64,000 nt of DNA. Origin: an uncultured Nitrososphaerota archaeon. GTDB lineage: Archaea > Thermoproteota > Nitrososphaeria > Conexivisphaerales > DTJL01. Location: NCBI GenBank assembly GCA_963842885.1, contig CAWJIE010000003.1:160001-224000 (forward strand). Direction: 5' to 3'. Of the stretch, positions 20,005 through 30,586 are shown piece by piece (position 1 is the stretch's first letter; each line of letters opens with the position of its first letter). The notes below the pieces were generated by a model. That model saw only the letters and a list, made by a program, of their open reading frames with translations, made no database searches and was not told where the DNA came from. A program made the position numbers and the translations under genes.

Positions 20005-20664
20005 ATGAAGCGCGACCAGCTCATGAAGGAGCCTGAGACTAAGAAGGAGATCGACGACGAAGTCGCCAGGCTAAAGAAGGAATGGGAAGAAAAGGAGAAG
20101 CCCAAGGAGGTCGACCAGGCGGCACTTGATAAGCTGACGGGTGTTCTCGTGGAGCTCAGAGGCCCATCCGAGACGGCACCTACGGTCCCTGCCGGCGACC
20201 TGAAACAGATGGTCAAGCAGATGATAGAAGGAGAGGTGAACCGTCGGATGGACGAGAAGTTCGAAGCCAGAGTGGAGACTGAGAAGAACAAGAGAGTGAA
20301 CGAAATCATCGAGGAGGTAAAGCAGAAGGAATGGGAGAAGTGGTACAATGAGAAGGTGGTACCCCTGGCGAACCAGCTTGACCAGGAGTTCAGGACGAAC
20401 GTGCTCTCCCGTCTGATGGTGCCCTGGCCTCTTACCTGTCTGGCTGGTCATCAAAACACCCACACGTTTTCGGCTGATGAATGGGATGAGCTCGTCAGGA
20501 CCGGGCGCACCAAATTCGCATGCGGTCAATCTGGATGCCTGCAAAGTTTCGTTGGCCCTTTGACCGGAATAGAGGTCAGGTCATCGCGGCTGATACAAAT
20601 CTTGTTTAGTTCGGCAGAATCTCATCCTCCTCAGAGGGACCAAAACTCGGTGGCAATCTTCTAG
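20005..20664 (+). CDS. Coiled-coil protein with C-terminal C-H-C-C putative zinc module (5'-truncated?)
   Basis: E/K-rich heptads; CLAGH...CGQSGC; coding-like frame continues upstream. Confidence 0.6.
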   Translation: MKRDQLMKEPETKKEIDDEVARLKKEWEEKEKPKEVDQAALDKLTGVLVELRGPSETAPTVPAGDLKQMVKQMIEGEVNRRMDEKFEARVETEKNKRVNEIIEEVKQKEWEKWYNEKVVPLANQLDQEFRTNVLSRLMVPWPLTCLAGHQNTHTFSADEWDELVRTGRTKFACGQSGCLQSFVGPLTGIEVRSSRLIQILFSSAESHPPQRDQNSVAIF

Positions 20665-20835
20665 ATCATCAGGATTCTTCATCCATCAGTCCTTCGATTC
20701 CCTACCCTCAGGGCGGCAATACCGATAGTCCTCCTCATGGTTTGCACTCGGAGGAATCCTAGGGCAGGGCCAGACACCGGTCGCGTTCTTGATTACTCGT
20801 GCTGGCGGGCGAAGGCGACGTCGACTGGACTTGGG

Positions 20836-21816
20836 TCACAAGTGGTCTTCCACGACCCGCGGCCTGTACGGCTCCTCGAGGCGCTTCATCTCGTCCTGGC
20901 TGACGCTGATCTCGGTCGCCTCGGCGAGCTCGCGAATCTGCGAGGCCTTCGTCGCACCGACGATGGGCGACGTGACGCCAGGCTTCTGCAGGAGCCACGC
21001 CAGGGCCAGCTGGGCCGGCTTAACATCCTTCTCCTTCGCGACCTCAATGAGGGCGTCGAGCACTTCGAAGTCCTGGGGCTTGAAGAACCGCTGCTTCAGG
21101 TAGCGGTCGTTCTTGTATCGATTGCCGCGAGGCTTCGCGCCCCTCCTATACTTCCCCGACAGGAACCCTCTGGCCAGCGGGCTCCATGGGATGACGCCCA
21201 CCCCCCTCGAAATGCAGAGCGGGATCATCTCCCTCTCCTCCTCCCTGTAGACCAGGCTGTACTGGGCCTGCATGCTGACGAACTTCTCCAGCCCAAGCCT
21301 TTCGCTAGTGTCCAGCGCCGTGGCGAACTGCCAGGCCCACATGCTCGAGGCACCAATGTAGTGCACGACGTTCTGAGAGTGGACGAGGTCGTCCAACGTC
21401 GACAGGGTCTCCTCGATGGGTGTTTCGTAGTCCCACCGGTGTATCTGGTAGAGGTCTATGTACCTGGTACGAAGGCGCTCGAGCGAACGCTGCACTTGAC
21501 GCCTGATGTGCTTGCGTGAGAGACCGCGGTCGTTGGGGCCGGTGCCCGTGGGGTGGTAGACCTTGGTGGCGATGACAAGGTCGTCTCGCCTCCCCTCCAC
21601 AGCCTTCCCCACGACCTCCTCCGACTTGCCGCTTGAATACATGTTGGCCGTGTCCAGGAAGTTGATCCCCAGGTCTATCGCCGCTTTGATGATCGGCAGG
21701 GACTCCTCGTAGCCGAGGGTCCAAGAGAAGCCCTCCTTCCCTCCCCCGAAGCCCATGCAGCCCAGGCAGATGCGGGACACCTTCAGACCGCTGTTCCCCA
21801 GACGGATGTATTTCAT
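20836..21816 (-). CDS. Aldo/keto reductase
   Basis: LGNSGLKVSRICLG, DTANMY, IDLYQIHRWD, PWSPLARG. Confidence 0.95.
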   Translation of the reverse strand: MKYIRLGNSGLKVSRICLGCMGFGGGKEGFSWTLGYEESLPIIKAAIDLGINFLDTANMYSSGKSEEVVGKAVEGRRDDLVIATKVYHPTGTGPNDRGLSRKHIRRQVQRSLERLRTRYIDLYQIHRWDYETPIEETLSTLDDLVHSQNVVHYIGASSMWAWQFATALDTSERLGLEKFVSMQAQYSLVYREEEREMIPLCISRGVGVIPWSPLARGFLSGKYRRGAKPRGNRYKNDRYLKQRFFKPQDFEVLDALIEVAKEKDVKPAQLALAWLLQKPGVTSPIVGATKASQIRELAEATEISVSQDEMKRLEEPYRPRVVEDHL

Positions 21817-21872
21817 GGATTCGTTCTCGGCGCGGACTGCTAATTAGCTTTGCCCCAGGTGGCTGGAGACGG

Positions 21873-22247
21873 CTAGTCGGCAGGCCCTCGCTTCAGGATA
21901 AGCCACTGGCCCTTTCCTCCGGCCATTAGGACCAGCGCGTACTCCCCCTCAAGTTTCGCGCCATGAAGGGTGAAGCGGATCAGCGTAGGGGTCCTTTCGT
22001 TAAGGGTGTACTCGCCTTTGTCCCAGATCTCGACCTTTCCGGCGCCATAGTGCCCCTCGGGGATGGTGCCTTCGAAGGACCCATAGTCCAGGCTGTGGTC
22101 GTCGACCTGCATGGCGAGGTGCTTGATCCCGGGGGCGTCCGGGACCCCCTTTGGGACGGCCCACGACTTGAGCACGCCGTCCATTTCGAGCCTGAAGTCG
22201 AAGTGATGGTGCGAAGCCCAATGTTCGTGCACGACGAATCCAGGCAT
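21873..22247 (-). CDS. Stand-alone LigD 3'-phosphoesterase domain protein
   Basis: FVVHEH...HFDFRLE...SWAVPKG...DHSLDY...YGAG..IWDKG. Confidence 0.92.
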   Translation of the reverse strand: MPGFVVHEHWASHHHFDFRLEMDGVLKSWAVPKGVPDAPGIKHLAMQVDDHSLDYGSFEGTIPEGHYGAGKVEIWDKGEYTLNERTPTLIRFTLHGAKLEGEYALVLMAGGKGQWLILKRGPAD

Positions 22248-22412
22248 CTCATGACGCGGCGGAGCCCTTGGTTATATCAATCTGTGCCTTGGAGGCCTTG
22301 ACATGGGAGCCGACCCCATCCCAGTGATAATCCCTTGGAGGGAGAGCTCAGAATCTGGGCCCACGCACGGCTATGCCATGACATCAGCTTGTGAGCAGGA
22401 ATCCTGGCGAAC

Positions 22413-22586
22413 CTAGAGGCCCTTGAACCCGTCCACGGCGCGCTTCTTCAAGTCGGCGAGCTGGCCCTCGGCATCCGCGCTGAACTCCTTCGCCTTGGAT
22501 TCTATCTTCTCGCGGGCCTCGGCGAAGGCCTTCATCTCCTTCGCCTTCCTGCGCTCCTCTGCCATCGCCCTTGCTTCCGAGCTCAA
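22413..22586 (-). CDS. 57-aa helical protein coupled to atpD (possible subunit H/G-like)
   Basis: TTG overlaps the atpD stop; MSSEARAMAEERRKAKEMKAFAEAREKIESKAKEF... Confidence 0.5.
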   Translation of the reverse strand: MSSEARAMAEERRKAKEMKAFAEAREKIESKAKEFSADAEGQLADLKKRAVDGFKGL

Positions 22587-23219
22587 GCCGCCTGCCTCCG
22601 CCTCTCCAGCACCCGCTTGACGCTCTTAAGCCTTACAAACTCCTCCCTGTCGCGCTCCTCGAGGGTCGACGCGATGAACCTGATCTGGGCCTCGTACTGC
22701 GGGATTATGATGAATTCGAGAGCGTTGATGGTGCGCTGGGTCTTCTCGATTTCGCTGACCAGCCTGAAGATCACGTTCTCGATCTCGGCCGCCTTCAGTA
22801 TGCTGGGGAGAAGCGAAGTCAGGTAGGAGTAGGCCTCGTCCAGCGAATATGAGGTATCGCCGAAGCCATAGGGGCGGAGGACCTCCTTGAAGTTCAGCGT
22901 CAGTGACGGGACGTCGACGTCGACTATCCTCTTGACGTTGACCAATGACGTTCGCGGCGGGGGGCGCCGACTTCGCGGTGGCCTCCAGGCGCATGGCGCC
23001 CATTTCAACGTAGGCCTCGTAGAGGAAGTCGTATCCCTTGAGTATGGAGGCGTTGAGGCTCCTGTTGGCCTTGGACGCCTCCTCCACGTACTCGTTGAGC
23101 TTCTTGAGAAGCACCTCCCGCTTGTCGTCCAAGATGTCGTGAATCTTCTTGGTCATGACCAGCGAGCGCCGGAGCCTGATGAGCTCCAGTTTCGTGGGCT
23201 GGATCTTCTGGCTGGACAT
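22583..23219 (-). CDS. atpD: A/V-type ATP synthase subunit D (frameshift near 22945)
   Basis: PTKLEL...LDDKREVL; EIEKTQRTINALE...LEERDREEF in a second frame. Confidence 0.92.
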
Positions 23220-23225
23220 CTCCCT

Positions 23226-24632
23226 CTACTGCTTCTCCCTGTAGTACTTCGCCAGGTTCTCCGTCTTGATCTTGGTGAGCTCGCGTTCCGGCAGGATGGA
23301 GAGCACTTCGTTCCATGCGATGGCCATGCTCTCGTCCAAGGTCCTGGATTCGTCGTAACTCTGCATGAGGAACTTGTTCTCGAAGGAGTCGGCGAAGTCG
23401 AGGTACCTCAGGTCCACGGGTGCCAGCCCGGCCTTGCCTACGATGCCCACGAGGGCGCGCAGCTCCTGCGCCCTGGAGTATGAATCGTACATCTGGTTGC
23501 TCACCTCGGCGTGGTCCGGCCTCGTCTTCCCTTCGCCTATGCCGTCCTTCATGAGCCTGCTCAGGCTGGAGAGGACCTGGACCGGCGGGTAGATGCCCTT
23601 CCTGAAGAGCTCCCTGTCGAGGACCACCTGGCCTTCGGTGATGTAGCCGGTCAGGTCGGGTATGGGGTGGGTGATGTCGTCGCTTGGCATGCTAAGTATG
23701 GGCAGCTGAGTGATGCTCCCGGTCTTGCCCTTGATCCTGCCAGCCCGCTCGTAGATGGTGGAGAAGTCGGTGTAGAGGTACCCGGGGTATCCCTTCCTTC
23801 CTGGGACCTCCTCCCTTGCGGCGCTGATCTCTCTGAGGGCTTCGGCGTAGTTGGTCATGTCGGTCAGTATGACGAGGACGTGAAGGTTGCCAGTGAAGGC
23901 GAGGTATTCGGCCGCCGTCAGGGCCACCTTGGGGGTGATGATCCTTTCGATGGCGGGGTCGCTGGCCAGGTTGAGGAACAGGACGCTTCTCTTCATGGCC
24001 CCCGTCTCCTCCAGGGCCTTCCTGAAGAACGAGGCCTCGTCGTTCTGCACGCCGACGGCGGCGAAGACGACGGCGAAGTCCTGACCCTTGCCCTTGACCG
24101 AAGCTTGGCGTGCTATCTGGGCCGCGAGGAGGTTGTGGGGCATCCCTGCGCCCGAAAAGATGGGGAGCTTTTGGCCCCTGACAAGTGTTAGCATCGCGTC
24201 GATGACCGAGACGCCCGTCTGGATGAAGTCGATGGGGTAGTCCCTCATGTACGGGTTCATGGGCGAGCCGTTGACATCGCGGAACTCCTCCCCCAGCGGG
24301 GGCGGGAGCCCGTCCAAAGGCTGCCCGAGGCCGTCGAAGACCCTGCCAAGGAGCTCCATGGAGACGGGCATCTCCATGGGCTTGCCGAGGAACTTGACCT
24401 GAGTGCCACTGGTGGATATGCCCGAGGTCCCGGAGAAGACCTGGATGACGGCCCTGCCGCCGCCCACTTCCAGGACCCTACCAAGCCTCTTCGAGCCTGG
24501 CCCCAGTTCCACTTCCACCAGCTCGTCGTAAGAGACCTGGCCGACCCCTTCGACTATCAGGAGCGGGCCCCTCAATTCCGCCACGTCGGAGTACTCGACT
24601 CCGCCGCTTCTCTTAGGCTGCAATCTGGGCAA
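23226..24632 (-). CDS. atpB: A/V-type ATP synthase subunit B
   Basis: [40 protein letters not shown]. Confidence 0.97.
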   Translation of the reverse strand: MPRLQPKRSGGVEYSDVAELRGPLLIVEGVGQVSYDELVEVELGPGSKRLGRVLEVGGGRAVIQVFSGTSGISTSGTQVKFLGKPMEMPVSMELLGRVFDGLGQPLDGLPPPLGEEFRDVNGSPMNPYMRDYPIDFIQTGVSVIDAMLTLVRGQKLPIFSGAGMPHNLLAAQIARQASVKGKGQDFAVVFAAVGVQNDEASFFRKALEETGAMKRSVLFLNLASDPAIERIITPKVALTAAEYLAFTGNLHVLVILTDMTNYAEALREISAAREEVPGRKGYPGYLYTDFSTIYERAGRIKGKTGSITQLPILSMPSDDITHPIPDLTGYITEGQVVLDRELFRKGIYPPVQVLSSLSRLMKDGIGEGKTRPDHAEVSNQMYDSYSRAQELRALVGIVGKAGLAPVDLRYLDFADSFENKFLMQSYDESRTLDESMAIAWNEVLSILPERELTKIKTENLAKYYREKQ

Positions 24633-26397
24633 CTCCTTGAGGCAAGAGGGCTTTGAAAGCCGCGTCCATCTCCTTGGTGAGGTCGTCTATCCTGAAGATC
24701 TCGTCGTCCTTGATTTCGAAACGGGCACGCATGATCTTGGATATGACGGGCAGGGCGCGGATCGACTGGAGCGGGACCCCCGCCTTCAGAGACTCGCCGG
24801 CCTCCTTGTAGAAGCCGACGATGAGCTTCAGCAGCGCCACCTGCCTCTTGGGGTTGGTGTAGCTGTCTACGGGGTCGTAGGCCGTCTGCTGGAGGAAGCC
24901 TATCTTGATTATCCTGGCGACGTCAAGGATGAGCTTCTCCTCGTCGGGAAGGACCTCGGGGCCTAGGAGGCGGACGATCTCCTTCAGCGTGTCTTCCCGC
25001 TGCAGGATCTGATATGCCTCCAGGCGCAGGCTGTACCAATCCTTGTCAACGTTCGCGCTCCACCATGGGGCCACCTTGTCCAGGAAGCCGGAGTAACTCG
25101 TCATCCAGTTGATGGCCGGATAGTGCCTGGAGTAGGCAAGCTTCGTGTCCAGCCCCCAGAAGGTCCTGATGAACCTCATGGTGTGCGTGGTCACGGGCTC
25201 CGTGAAATCTCCCCCGCTGGGCGAGACGGCCCCGACCAGGCTGATGGAGCCCGACCTGGCGGGCGTGCCATAGGTGTTCACACGGCCCGCCCGCTCGTAG
25301 AACTCGGCCAGCCTTGAAGCCAGGTACGAAGGATATCCTTCCTCCGCAGGCATCTCCTCCAGCCTGCCGCTTATCTCCCTCAGAGCCTCCGCCCACCTGC
25401 TGGTGGAATCCGCCAGCATGACCACGTCGTAGCCCATGTCCCTGTAGTACTCCGCGAGGGTGGCGCCGGTGTAGATGCTCGCCTCTCGGGCGGCCACGGG
25501 CATGTTGCTGGTGTTGGCGACCAGGACTGTCCTCTGCATCAGGGGCTTCCCTGAGTAGGGATCGATGAGCTGGGGGAACTCCTTGAGCACTTCGGTCATC
25601 TCGTTGCCCCTCTCTCCGCAGCCGACGTAGACCACCACCTTGGTGTCGGCCCAGGAGGCTATCTGGTGGCTCATGACCGTCTTGCCCGTCCCGAAGCCTC
25701 CGGGGATGGCGGCTGCGCCCCCCTTGGCCAGAGGGAAGAAGGTGTCGATGACCCTCTGACCGGTTATGAGCGGAATCTCGGGCTCGAGGCGCTGCTTGTA
25801 AGGCCTCGGCCGTCGCACGGGCCAGTAATGATACATCTTCAGCGGGGTCCTGGCACCGTTGTCGATTGTGACGATCTCATGTTCGATATCGTAGTCGCCT
25901 TCGGGCTCGGCGCTCTTTACGACGCCGGCCTTGACATCAGGGGGGACCATCACACGGTGCTCCACAGTGGAGGTTTCGTTGACGGTCCCGAGGATGGTGC
26001 CTGGCTCGACCTCGTCGCCAGCCTTCACCTTGGGCAGGACGTGCCACTTGACGTTCTTGGGGAGGGAGAAGGCGTTGACGCCTCTCTTGATGTACGCGCC
26101 GGAGGCTGCTGCCAGCTCAGGGAGCGGCCTCTGAAGGCCATCGTAGATCTGGCTCATTATGCCCGGGCCCAGCGTGACGGAGAGGGGCATGCCCGTCCCT
26201 ATTACGGGCTCTCCAGGATGAAGGCCGCTCGTCGATTCGTAGACCTGGACGAACGCGACATCCCCCGTGACCTTGATGACTTCGCCCACCAGCTTGTCTT
26301 CGCCGACGCTGACCGTCTCGGCCATCTTGACCTCGGACATGCCGTCGGCCTTAACCGCGGGGCCGCTGATCCATACTATCTTGCCTTTGGCCACCAA
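24613..26397 (-). CDS. atpA: A/V-type ATP synthase subunit A
   Basis: [27 protein letters not shown]; no intein. Confidence 0.97.
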   Translation of the reverse strand: MVAKGKIVWISGPAVKADGMSEVKMAETVSVGEDKLVGEVIKVTGDVAFVQVYESTSGLHPGEPVIGTGMPLSVTLGPGIMSQIYDGLQRPLPELAAASGAYIKRGVNAFSLPKNVKWHVLPKVKAGDEVEPGTILGTVNETSTVEHRVMVPPDVKAGVVKSAEPEGDYDIEHEIVTIDNGARTPLKMYHYWPVRRPRPYKQRLEPEIPLITGQRVIDTFFPLAKGGAAAIPGGFGTGKTVMSHQIASWADTKVVVYVGCGERGNEMTEVLKEFPQLIDPYSGKPLMQRTVLVANTSNMPVAAREASIYTGATLAEYYRDMGYDVVMLADSTSRWAEALREISGRLEEMPAEEGYPSYLASRLAEFYERAGRVNTYGTPARSGSISLVGAVSPSGGDFTEPVTTHTMRFIRTFWGLDTKLAYSRHYPAINWMTSYSGFLDKVAPWWSANVDKDWYSLRLEAYQILQREDTLKEIVRLLGPEVLPDEEKLILDVARIIKIGFLQQTAYDPVDSYTNPKRQVALLKLIVGFYKEAGESLKAGVPLQSIRALPVISKIMRARFEIKDDEIFRIDDLTKEMDAAFKALLPQGVAQIAA

Positions 26398-26399
26398 AT

Positions 26400-27026
26400 C
26401 TACCTACGCTCCTTGAAGAACCGTTCATAAACCCTTTTCCGTATGCTGAGCTTCATCCTTTCAAGCCTCGCCTCAAACGTGCTGTTAAACTCTATACTTC
26501 CGTCCTTGCTGACTATGATGAAGCCGCCGGCGCTGTCGATGTTCTTCTTTGCGATGCTAAGGTCGAAGCCATGGAACTCCTTGGCGACATCTTTGAGGGC
26601 CGCCGACAGGGAGGACCTGTCTCCGTCAGGACAAGAGAGTGTGTATACGCCGGGATCCAGCTCTTGCAGAGACTCCCGGAGAAGCTTCACAAGGGCCCTC
26701 TCATAGCGAGCGTCGCGTGGCGCCGAGCGCACTGCGGCCAAGGCGTCGATCACGATGCCTTCGAAGAAGCTCTCGAACGCTGATAGCTGAGCGTTCCTGG
26801 CCTGGAGCTCGGCGGAGCCCAGGATCTTCCTCTTGACATTTTCAGCCTGCTTTCTTCCTTCGAGCATAGACTCCTTGTACTTCTCTGAAGCCCTCTGCTC
26901 GTAGTCTTCGACTAGCTTCAGGGAGGAGGCCAAGGCCTCGTCGAGGAGAGCCTTGAGCGAAGCCGATTCTTCGTTCAGGACCTTTCCGACGGTCGCTTCT
27001 ACCGCATTGCTCGACAATTTACACAC
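26400..27026 (-). CDS. atpE: A/V-type ATP synthase subunit E
   Basis: Helical N-terminus; [22 protein letters not shown]; operon position. Confidence 0.88.
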   Translation of the reverse strand: MCKLSSNAVEATVGKVLNEESASLKALLDEALASSLKLVEDYEQRASEKYKESMLEGRKQAENVKRKILGSAELQARNAQLSAFESFFEGIVIDALAAVRSAPRDARYERALVKLLRESLQELDPGVYTLSCPDGDRSSLSAALKDVAKEFHGFDLSIAKKNIDSAGGFIIVSKDGSIEFNSTFEARLERMKLSIRKRVYERFFKERR

Positions 27027-27322
27027 TACACCCCCAGCATGGCTCTAAGAACTTTGCTGTATTCGGTCTCCTCGGCCTTGGCGCCCGGGGTCAGGATTTC
27101 GTATATGAGCGGGACGGCTCGCTTCTTCCTATAATATGCGAGCTTCAACCTGATGGCGGCCGAAAGGTCAGAACCGAGGAGGACGAGCCCGATGCCTTCA
27201 GTCTTGAAAAGACGGTCGACAGCGGCGAGCATCTCTGACGCGGTATCCACTTCGATCCCATCGACGCCCACGAGGCGGAAGGCGGTGACGAACGGCCGCT
27301 TCCCTACGGCGACGACCTTCAT
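27026..27322 (-). CDS. atpF: A/V-type ATP synthase subunit F
   Basis: MKVVAVG...FRLVGV; 98 aa. Confidence 0.9.
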   Translation of the reverse strand: MKVVAVGKRPFVTAFRLVGVDGIEVDTASEMLAAVDRLFKTEGIGLVLLGSDLSAAIRLKLAYYRKKRAVPLIYEILTPGAKAEETEYSKVLRAMLGV

Positions 27323-27478
27323 TGGCTCAAAATGCCAACCACATGTGATTTAAGCATTTGCGCTCACGTTCCACGTGAAGACGGAGTTGATCGCCTTCTC
27401 GGCTGACCCCATCGAATCGGGCTCGCCCGGGTCCGTCATTCTGAAATAGGCCGCTCGTCCACTGGAGTATGGGGAAGA

Positions 27479-27739
27479 ATGAGATTCACTAGGCTGGTTT
27501 GGGTCGCCTCCGCGTTGGTCGGCTTGGCTGCCACCTACGCCCTTTCCTACGTCTCGACCCCCATGCTCTTCCCGGTCGTCGGCGTTCAGCAGTTCGGCGT
27601 CCCTGCGCCCGTCTACGCAGCACCGGTGTACCCGAACGCCAGCCTTAGAATGGTGCCCGCGGGGATCATAGTGGACTTCCTCTTCTGGTTCGTCCTGAGC
27701 GTCGCCATCCTGGCCGTCGCCGCCGGTTGGAGAAGGTAG
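27479..27739 (+). CDS. Small membrane protein
   Basis: Two TM helices. Confidence 0.65.
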   Translation: MRFTRLVWVASALVGLAATYALSYVSTPMLFPVVGVQQFGVPAPVYAAPVYPNASLRMVPAGIIVDFLFWFVLSVAILAVAAGWRR

Positions 27740-27765
27740 CCAAGCCTAGCCCGAACAACGTCTGC

Positions 27766-28371
27766 CTATCGCTCGGACCGGCCGTATGCCTCGTAGAAGA
27801 CCTGTTGCGTTGTGGGCTTCCTCCCCCTCTTGAGCGAGGGGGACCTCTTGTCAGGAAGAGGATGGCCTATCGAAATGGTCCCGACAGGGTGTTGGTCCTC
27901 CGGGATCCCTAGTATCCTCCTGATCGCGACGGGGTCGGGGGCTCCGGCGAAGGTGGCAGCGAGACCACGGTCAACGGCGGCCAGAAGGACGATCATGCAG
28001 CCGGCCCCGATGTCGAAGTACCAGTACGGGACTGGCCACTCGATCTCCTTCCCGTCAGGACCAAGTTTGTCGGGCTCGCGGTAACGGTCGTGGTAGACCT
28101 TCTCGCTGACGCAGGGGACGACCAACACAGGCGAGGCCGAGATGAACGAATCGAACCCCGCATCGACGTAGCCCGACTCGCCTTGAGCTTCCGCCAACTT
28201 CCTCTTCGTGGCTTCGTCTCTGACCACGACGTAGCAGGAACCTTGGCTGAAGCCCGCGCTGGGCGCGTGAAGTGCTAGCCCCAAGATGGCGTCGATGTCA
28301 TCGTCGGGGACCTCCTCGTCCGAGAAGTGCCTGACCATCCTCCTCTTTAAGACGACCGACTGGAATTCCAT
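27766..28371 (-). CDS. Nitroreductase family protein
   Basis: KRRMVRHF, APSAGFSQ, LAAVDRGL. Confidence 0.9.
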   Translation of the reverse strand: MEFQSVVLKRRMVRHFSDEEVPDDDIDAILGLALHAPSAGFSQGSCYVVVRDEATKRKLAEAQGESGYVDAGFDSFISASPVLVVPCVSEKVYHDRYREPDKLGPDGKEIEWPVPYWYFDIGAGCMIVLLAAVDRGLAATFAGAPDPVAIRRILGIPEDQHPVGTISIGHPLPDKRSPSLKRGRKPTTQQVFYEAYGRSER

Positions 28372-28603
28372 GGAGTTCTCGGCTAGGGGGAAGCTCGGCA
28401 GCAGATAAGAATTGGCTGCGTTCCAGCGGTTGGAGGGATCACTAGGCATCCGTTTGGGTCCTGTTCGCCATGGACCTGCCCTGGAGTCGACCCAACGAAG
28501 CCCGAAGGAGTCCCCACCCATCGAGATAGGAGACTCCCTCGGTCTTGCCGCTCCTGGAGGGTCAGGGCCGTCCCGAGCCGGCTATTGGACAAGGCTCTAA
28601 TAT

Positions 28604-28982
28604 GTGAAGCCCGTAGCTCGCTTTGTGGTAGTCAACCTATTCACGTCGAACTACGTCCCGGGATGCAAGGTGGACAAGGTCGTTGGGCTCGTCTACGGGA
28701 TAACGGTGAGGTCGAGAGGCATCGGCGGGAACATCATGGCCGGCCTCAGGACGCTTGGCGGAGGAGAGATACACGAGTACACCGAGCTGGCGCACCAGGC
28801 AAGGCAGCAGGCACTGGACAGGCTGTCCCAGCAGGCTGAGACCCTCGGCGCCAACGCCGTGATCAGCGTGATGTTCGACTCTACCGAGATCGGTCACGAC
28901 CATGGACGAGATAATCGCCTTCGGTACAGCTGTCGTCGTTTCGCCCGTGGCAGACGGCCAGCAGTTCGTCAGGCTGAGCTAG
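28604..28982 (+). CDS. YbjQ/UPF0145 family protein (frameshift near 28895)
   Basis: GGEIHEYTEL, GANAVI, then MDEIIAFGTAV in the next frame. Confidence 0.88.
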
Positions 28983-29143
28983 GCCCGAAGGCTTCGACGA
29001 CCGGCACCACTCTCGTAGGCAGGCCTATCCGTGATGCTTCGCGAAGGAGCTCCTGGGTTGGAAGATAGGGCTGCAGTGGTGTCACTTCAGGGATCCACAA
29101 TGCAGCCTGTGTGTGCAGGCTGACGTCTGGGAAAAGCTGCAAG

Positions 29144-29195
29144 TGAACGTACCTGTGAAATAAGGCCCTTTCGCAGGTCCAAGCCCACGTCCAAG
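29144..29195 (-). repeat. Border repeat copy D, extended hairpin form
   Basis: Reverse complement of copy C (49/52). Confidence 0.9.
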
Positions 29196-29292
29196 AACGG
29201 CGGTTGAAGACATCGTTATTCTCTTCCAGCACTCATGAAAGACGCCCTATGGGCGGGCTTCCTAAAGCCTGCCTTCCGCCAGCGACGCTGTG

Positions 29293-30336
29293 TCAGGCGT
29301 CCATGGATTTGAGCTTTGTCTTGTACCTCTCCCTGTTCGTGGACTCGTACTCCTCCCTTCTCGTGAGCATGAACCAGACGATCTTCAGCATCTTGTTGGC
29401 CACGGCTACTACGGCCTTCTGGTCGCCTCTCCTCTCCTTCACCCGCTCGTAGAAGGACCTCAGCCTCGGGTCGTGCATCGATGCAGACCTCGCCGCCTCC
29501 ACCATGATCCATCGGAGCATCTTGGAGCCCTGCTTCGTTATGGCTCCGTGATACTCCACGGAGCCCGATTGGTGGAGAGAGGGCGCCAGCCCCGCCCAGG
29601 AAACGAGCTTCTTGTAGTTGGGGAACCTCTTGATGTCCCCTATCTCGGACCTTATGAGGAGGGCCGAGAAGACGTCCACCCCCGTCAGGCTCAGGAGCAG
29701 CCTCACGTCCTCGTCCTGTGACGCCCTCTCCGTGATCCTGTCGTCCACCCTGGAGATCTGCCCGTCCAGGCTCTCCAGGTGGGCCAGGTGGTTGTCCAGC
29801 ATGAGCCTGTCCATGGGAGGGAGCTCCAGCGACCTCAGCCACCCCACTCCTCCCTTCCCGAACAGGTCGGAGAAGTCATGCTTCAGGCCGTTCCTGTCGA
29901 CCATCGCGTGAACCCTGTTCTTCACCATGGTGCGCACCCTCACTATGGAGGCCCTGTGCCTGATGAGCTCCCTCATCTCCCTGACATCCTTGGGAGGGAC
30001 GTAGCTCTCGGGTATGAGATCGGCCCTCAGCAGATGCGCCAGTATCCTTGCGTCCACTTTGTCGCTCTTTATCCTCGCCCACGCTATGGCCTTGGTCTTC
30101 GAAGGGGAGGCCAACACGGTCGCGACGTGCATGGAATCGAGCCTCTCGTATATGCTTAGCCAGTAAGCCCCCGTCGACTCCATGACCACCCTGTCGTCCA
30201 TGGTGAGCGTCGCCGCTAGGGAGGATATCCCCTCATGGTCGTTGTCGAAGCCGAACTCGTCCACTACGGCCCCGTGCTCGTCCATCATGGAGACCCTGCA
30301 TCTCGTCTTGCCCACGTCTATTCCCACGTACTTCAT
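29293..30336 (-). CDS. IS110 family DEDD recombinase/transposase, 347 aa
   Basis: YVGIDVG, VMES, KSDKVDA, GLAP..HQSG, A.VAVANK; SD GGAGGTG. Confidence 0.96.
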   Translation of the reverse strand: MKYVGIDVGKTRCRVSMMDEHGAVVDEFGFDNDHEGISSLAATLTMDDRVVMESTGAYWLSIYERLDSMHVATVLASPSKTKAIAWARIKSDKVDARILAHLLRADLIPESYVPPKDVREMRELIRHRASIVRVRTMVKNRVHAMVDRNGLKHDFSDLFGKGGVGWLRSLELPPMDRLMLDNHLAHLESLDGQISRVDDRITERASQDEDVRLLLSLTGVDVFSALLIRSEIGDIKRFPNYKKLVSWAGLAPSLHQSGSVEYHGAITKQGSKMLRWIMVEAARSASMHDPRLRSFYERVKERRGDQKAVVAVANKMLKIVWFMLTRREEYESTNRERYKTKLKSMDA

Positions 30337-30344
30337 CTTTTCAC

Positions 30345-30490
30345 CTCCTTCGTACGCAGCTGGCATCGGGCTGCATTCACTCATGCGGGCGCGAAGCCCA
30401 CTTCCTTAGCAGCTCAGGATTCGCCCAGTCAGCAACACGGTCGCCAGGACCATGCTGGAAATAGGGCTTGCCAGCCCATACGGTATCAGG
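30345..30490 (-). ncRNA. Putative IS110 bridge/seek RNA
   Basis: Several hairpins; segments matching target halves (30453-30460, 30430-30437) and donor halves (30378-30385, 30347-30350). Confidence 0.65.
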
Positions 30491-30586
30491 GGGCGTCTTT
30501 CATAAGGTCAGCAATAGATGCCCGGATGCCTGTTCGGGATGGTAGAAATAAGAGGAGGTCTACAGGTTCTACAGACTGGGTTCAGG

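Larger units (their letters stand above)
29230..30510 (-). mobile_element. IS110-family insertion sequence (~1.28 kb)
   Basis: Intact transposase; 13-bp subterminal inverted repeats ATGAAAGACGCCC (29235-29247 and 30491-30503); TG core at both ends. Confidence 0.9.
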
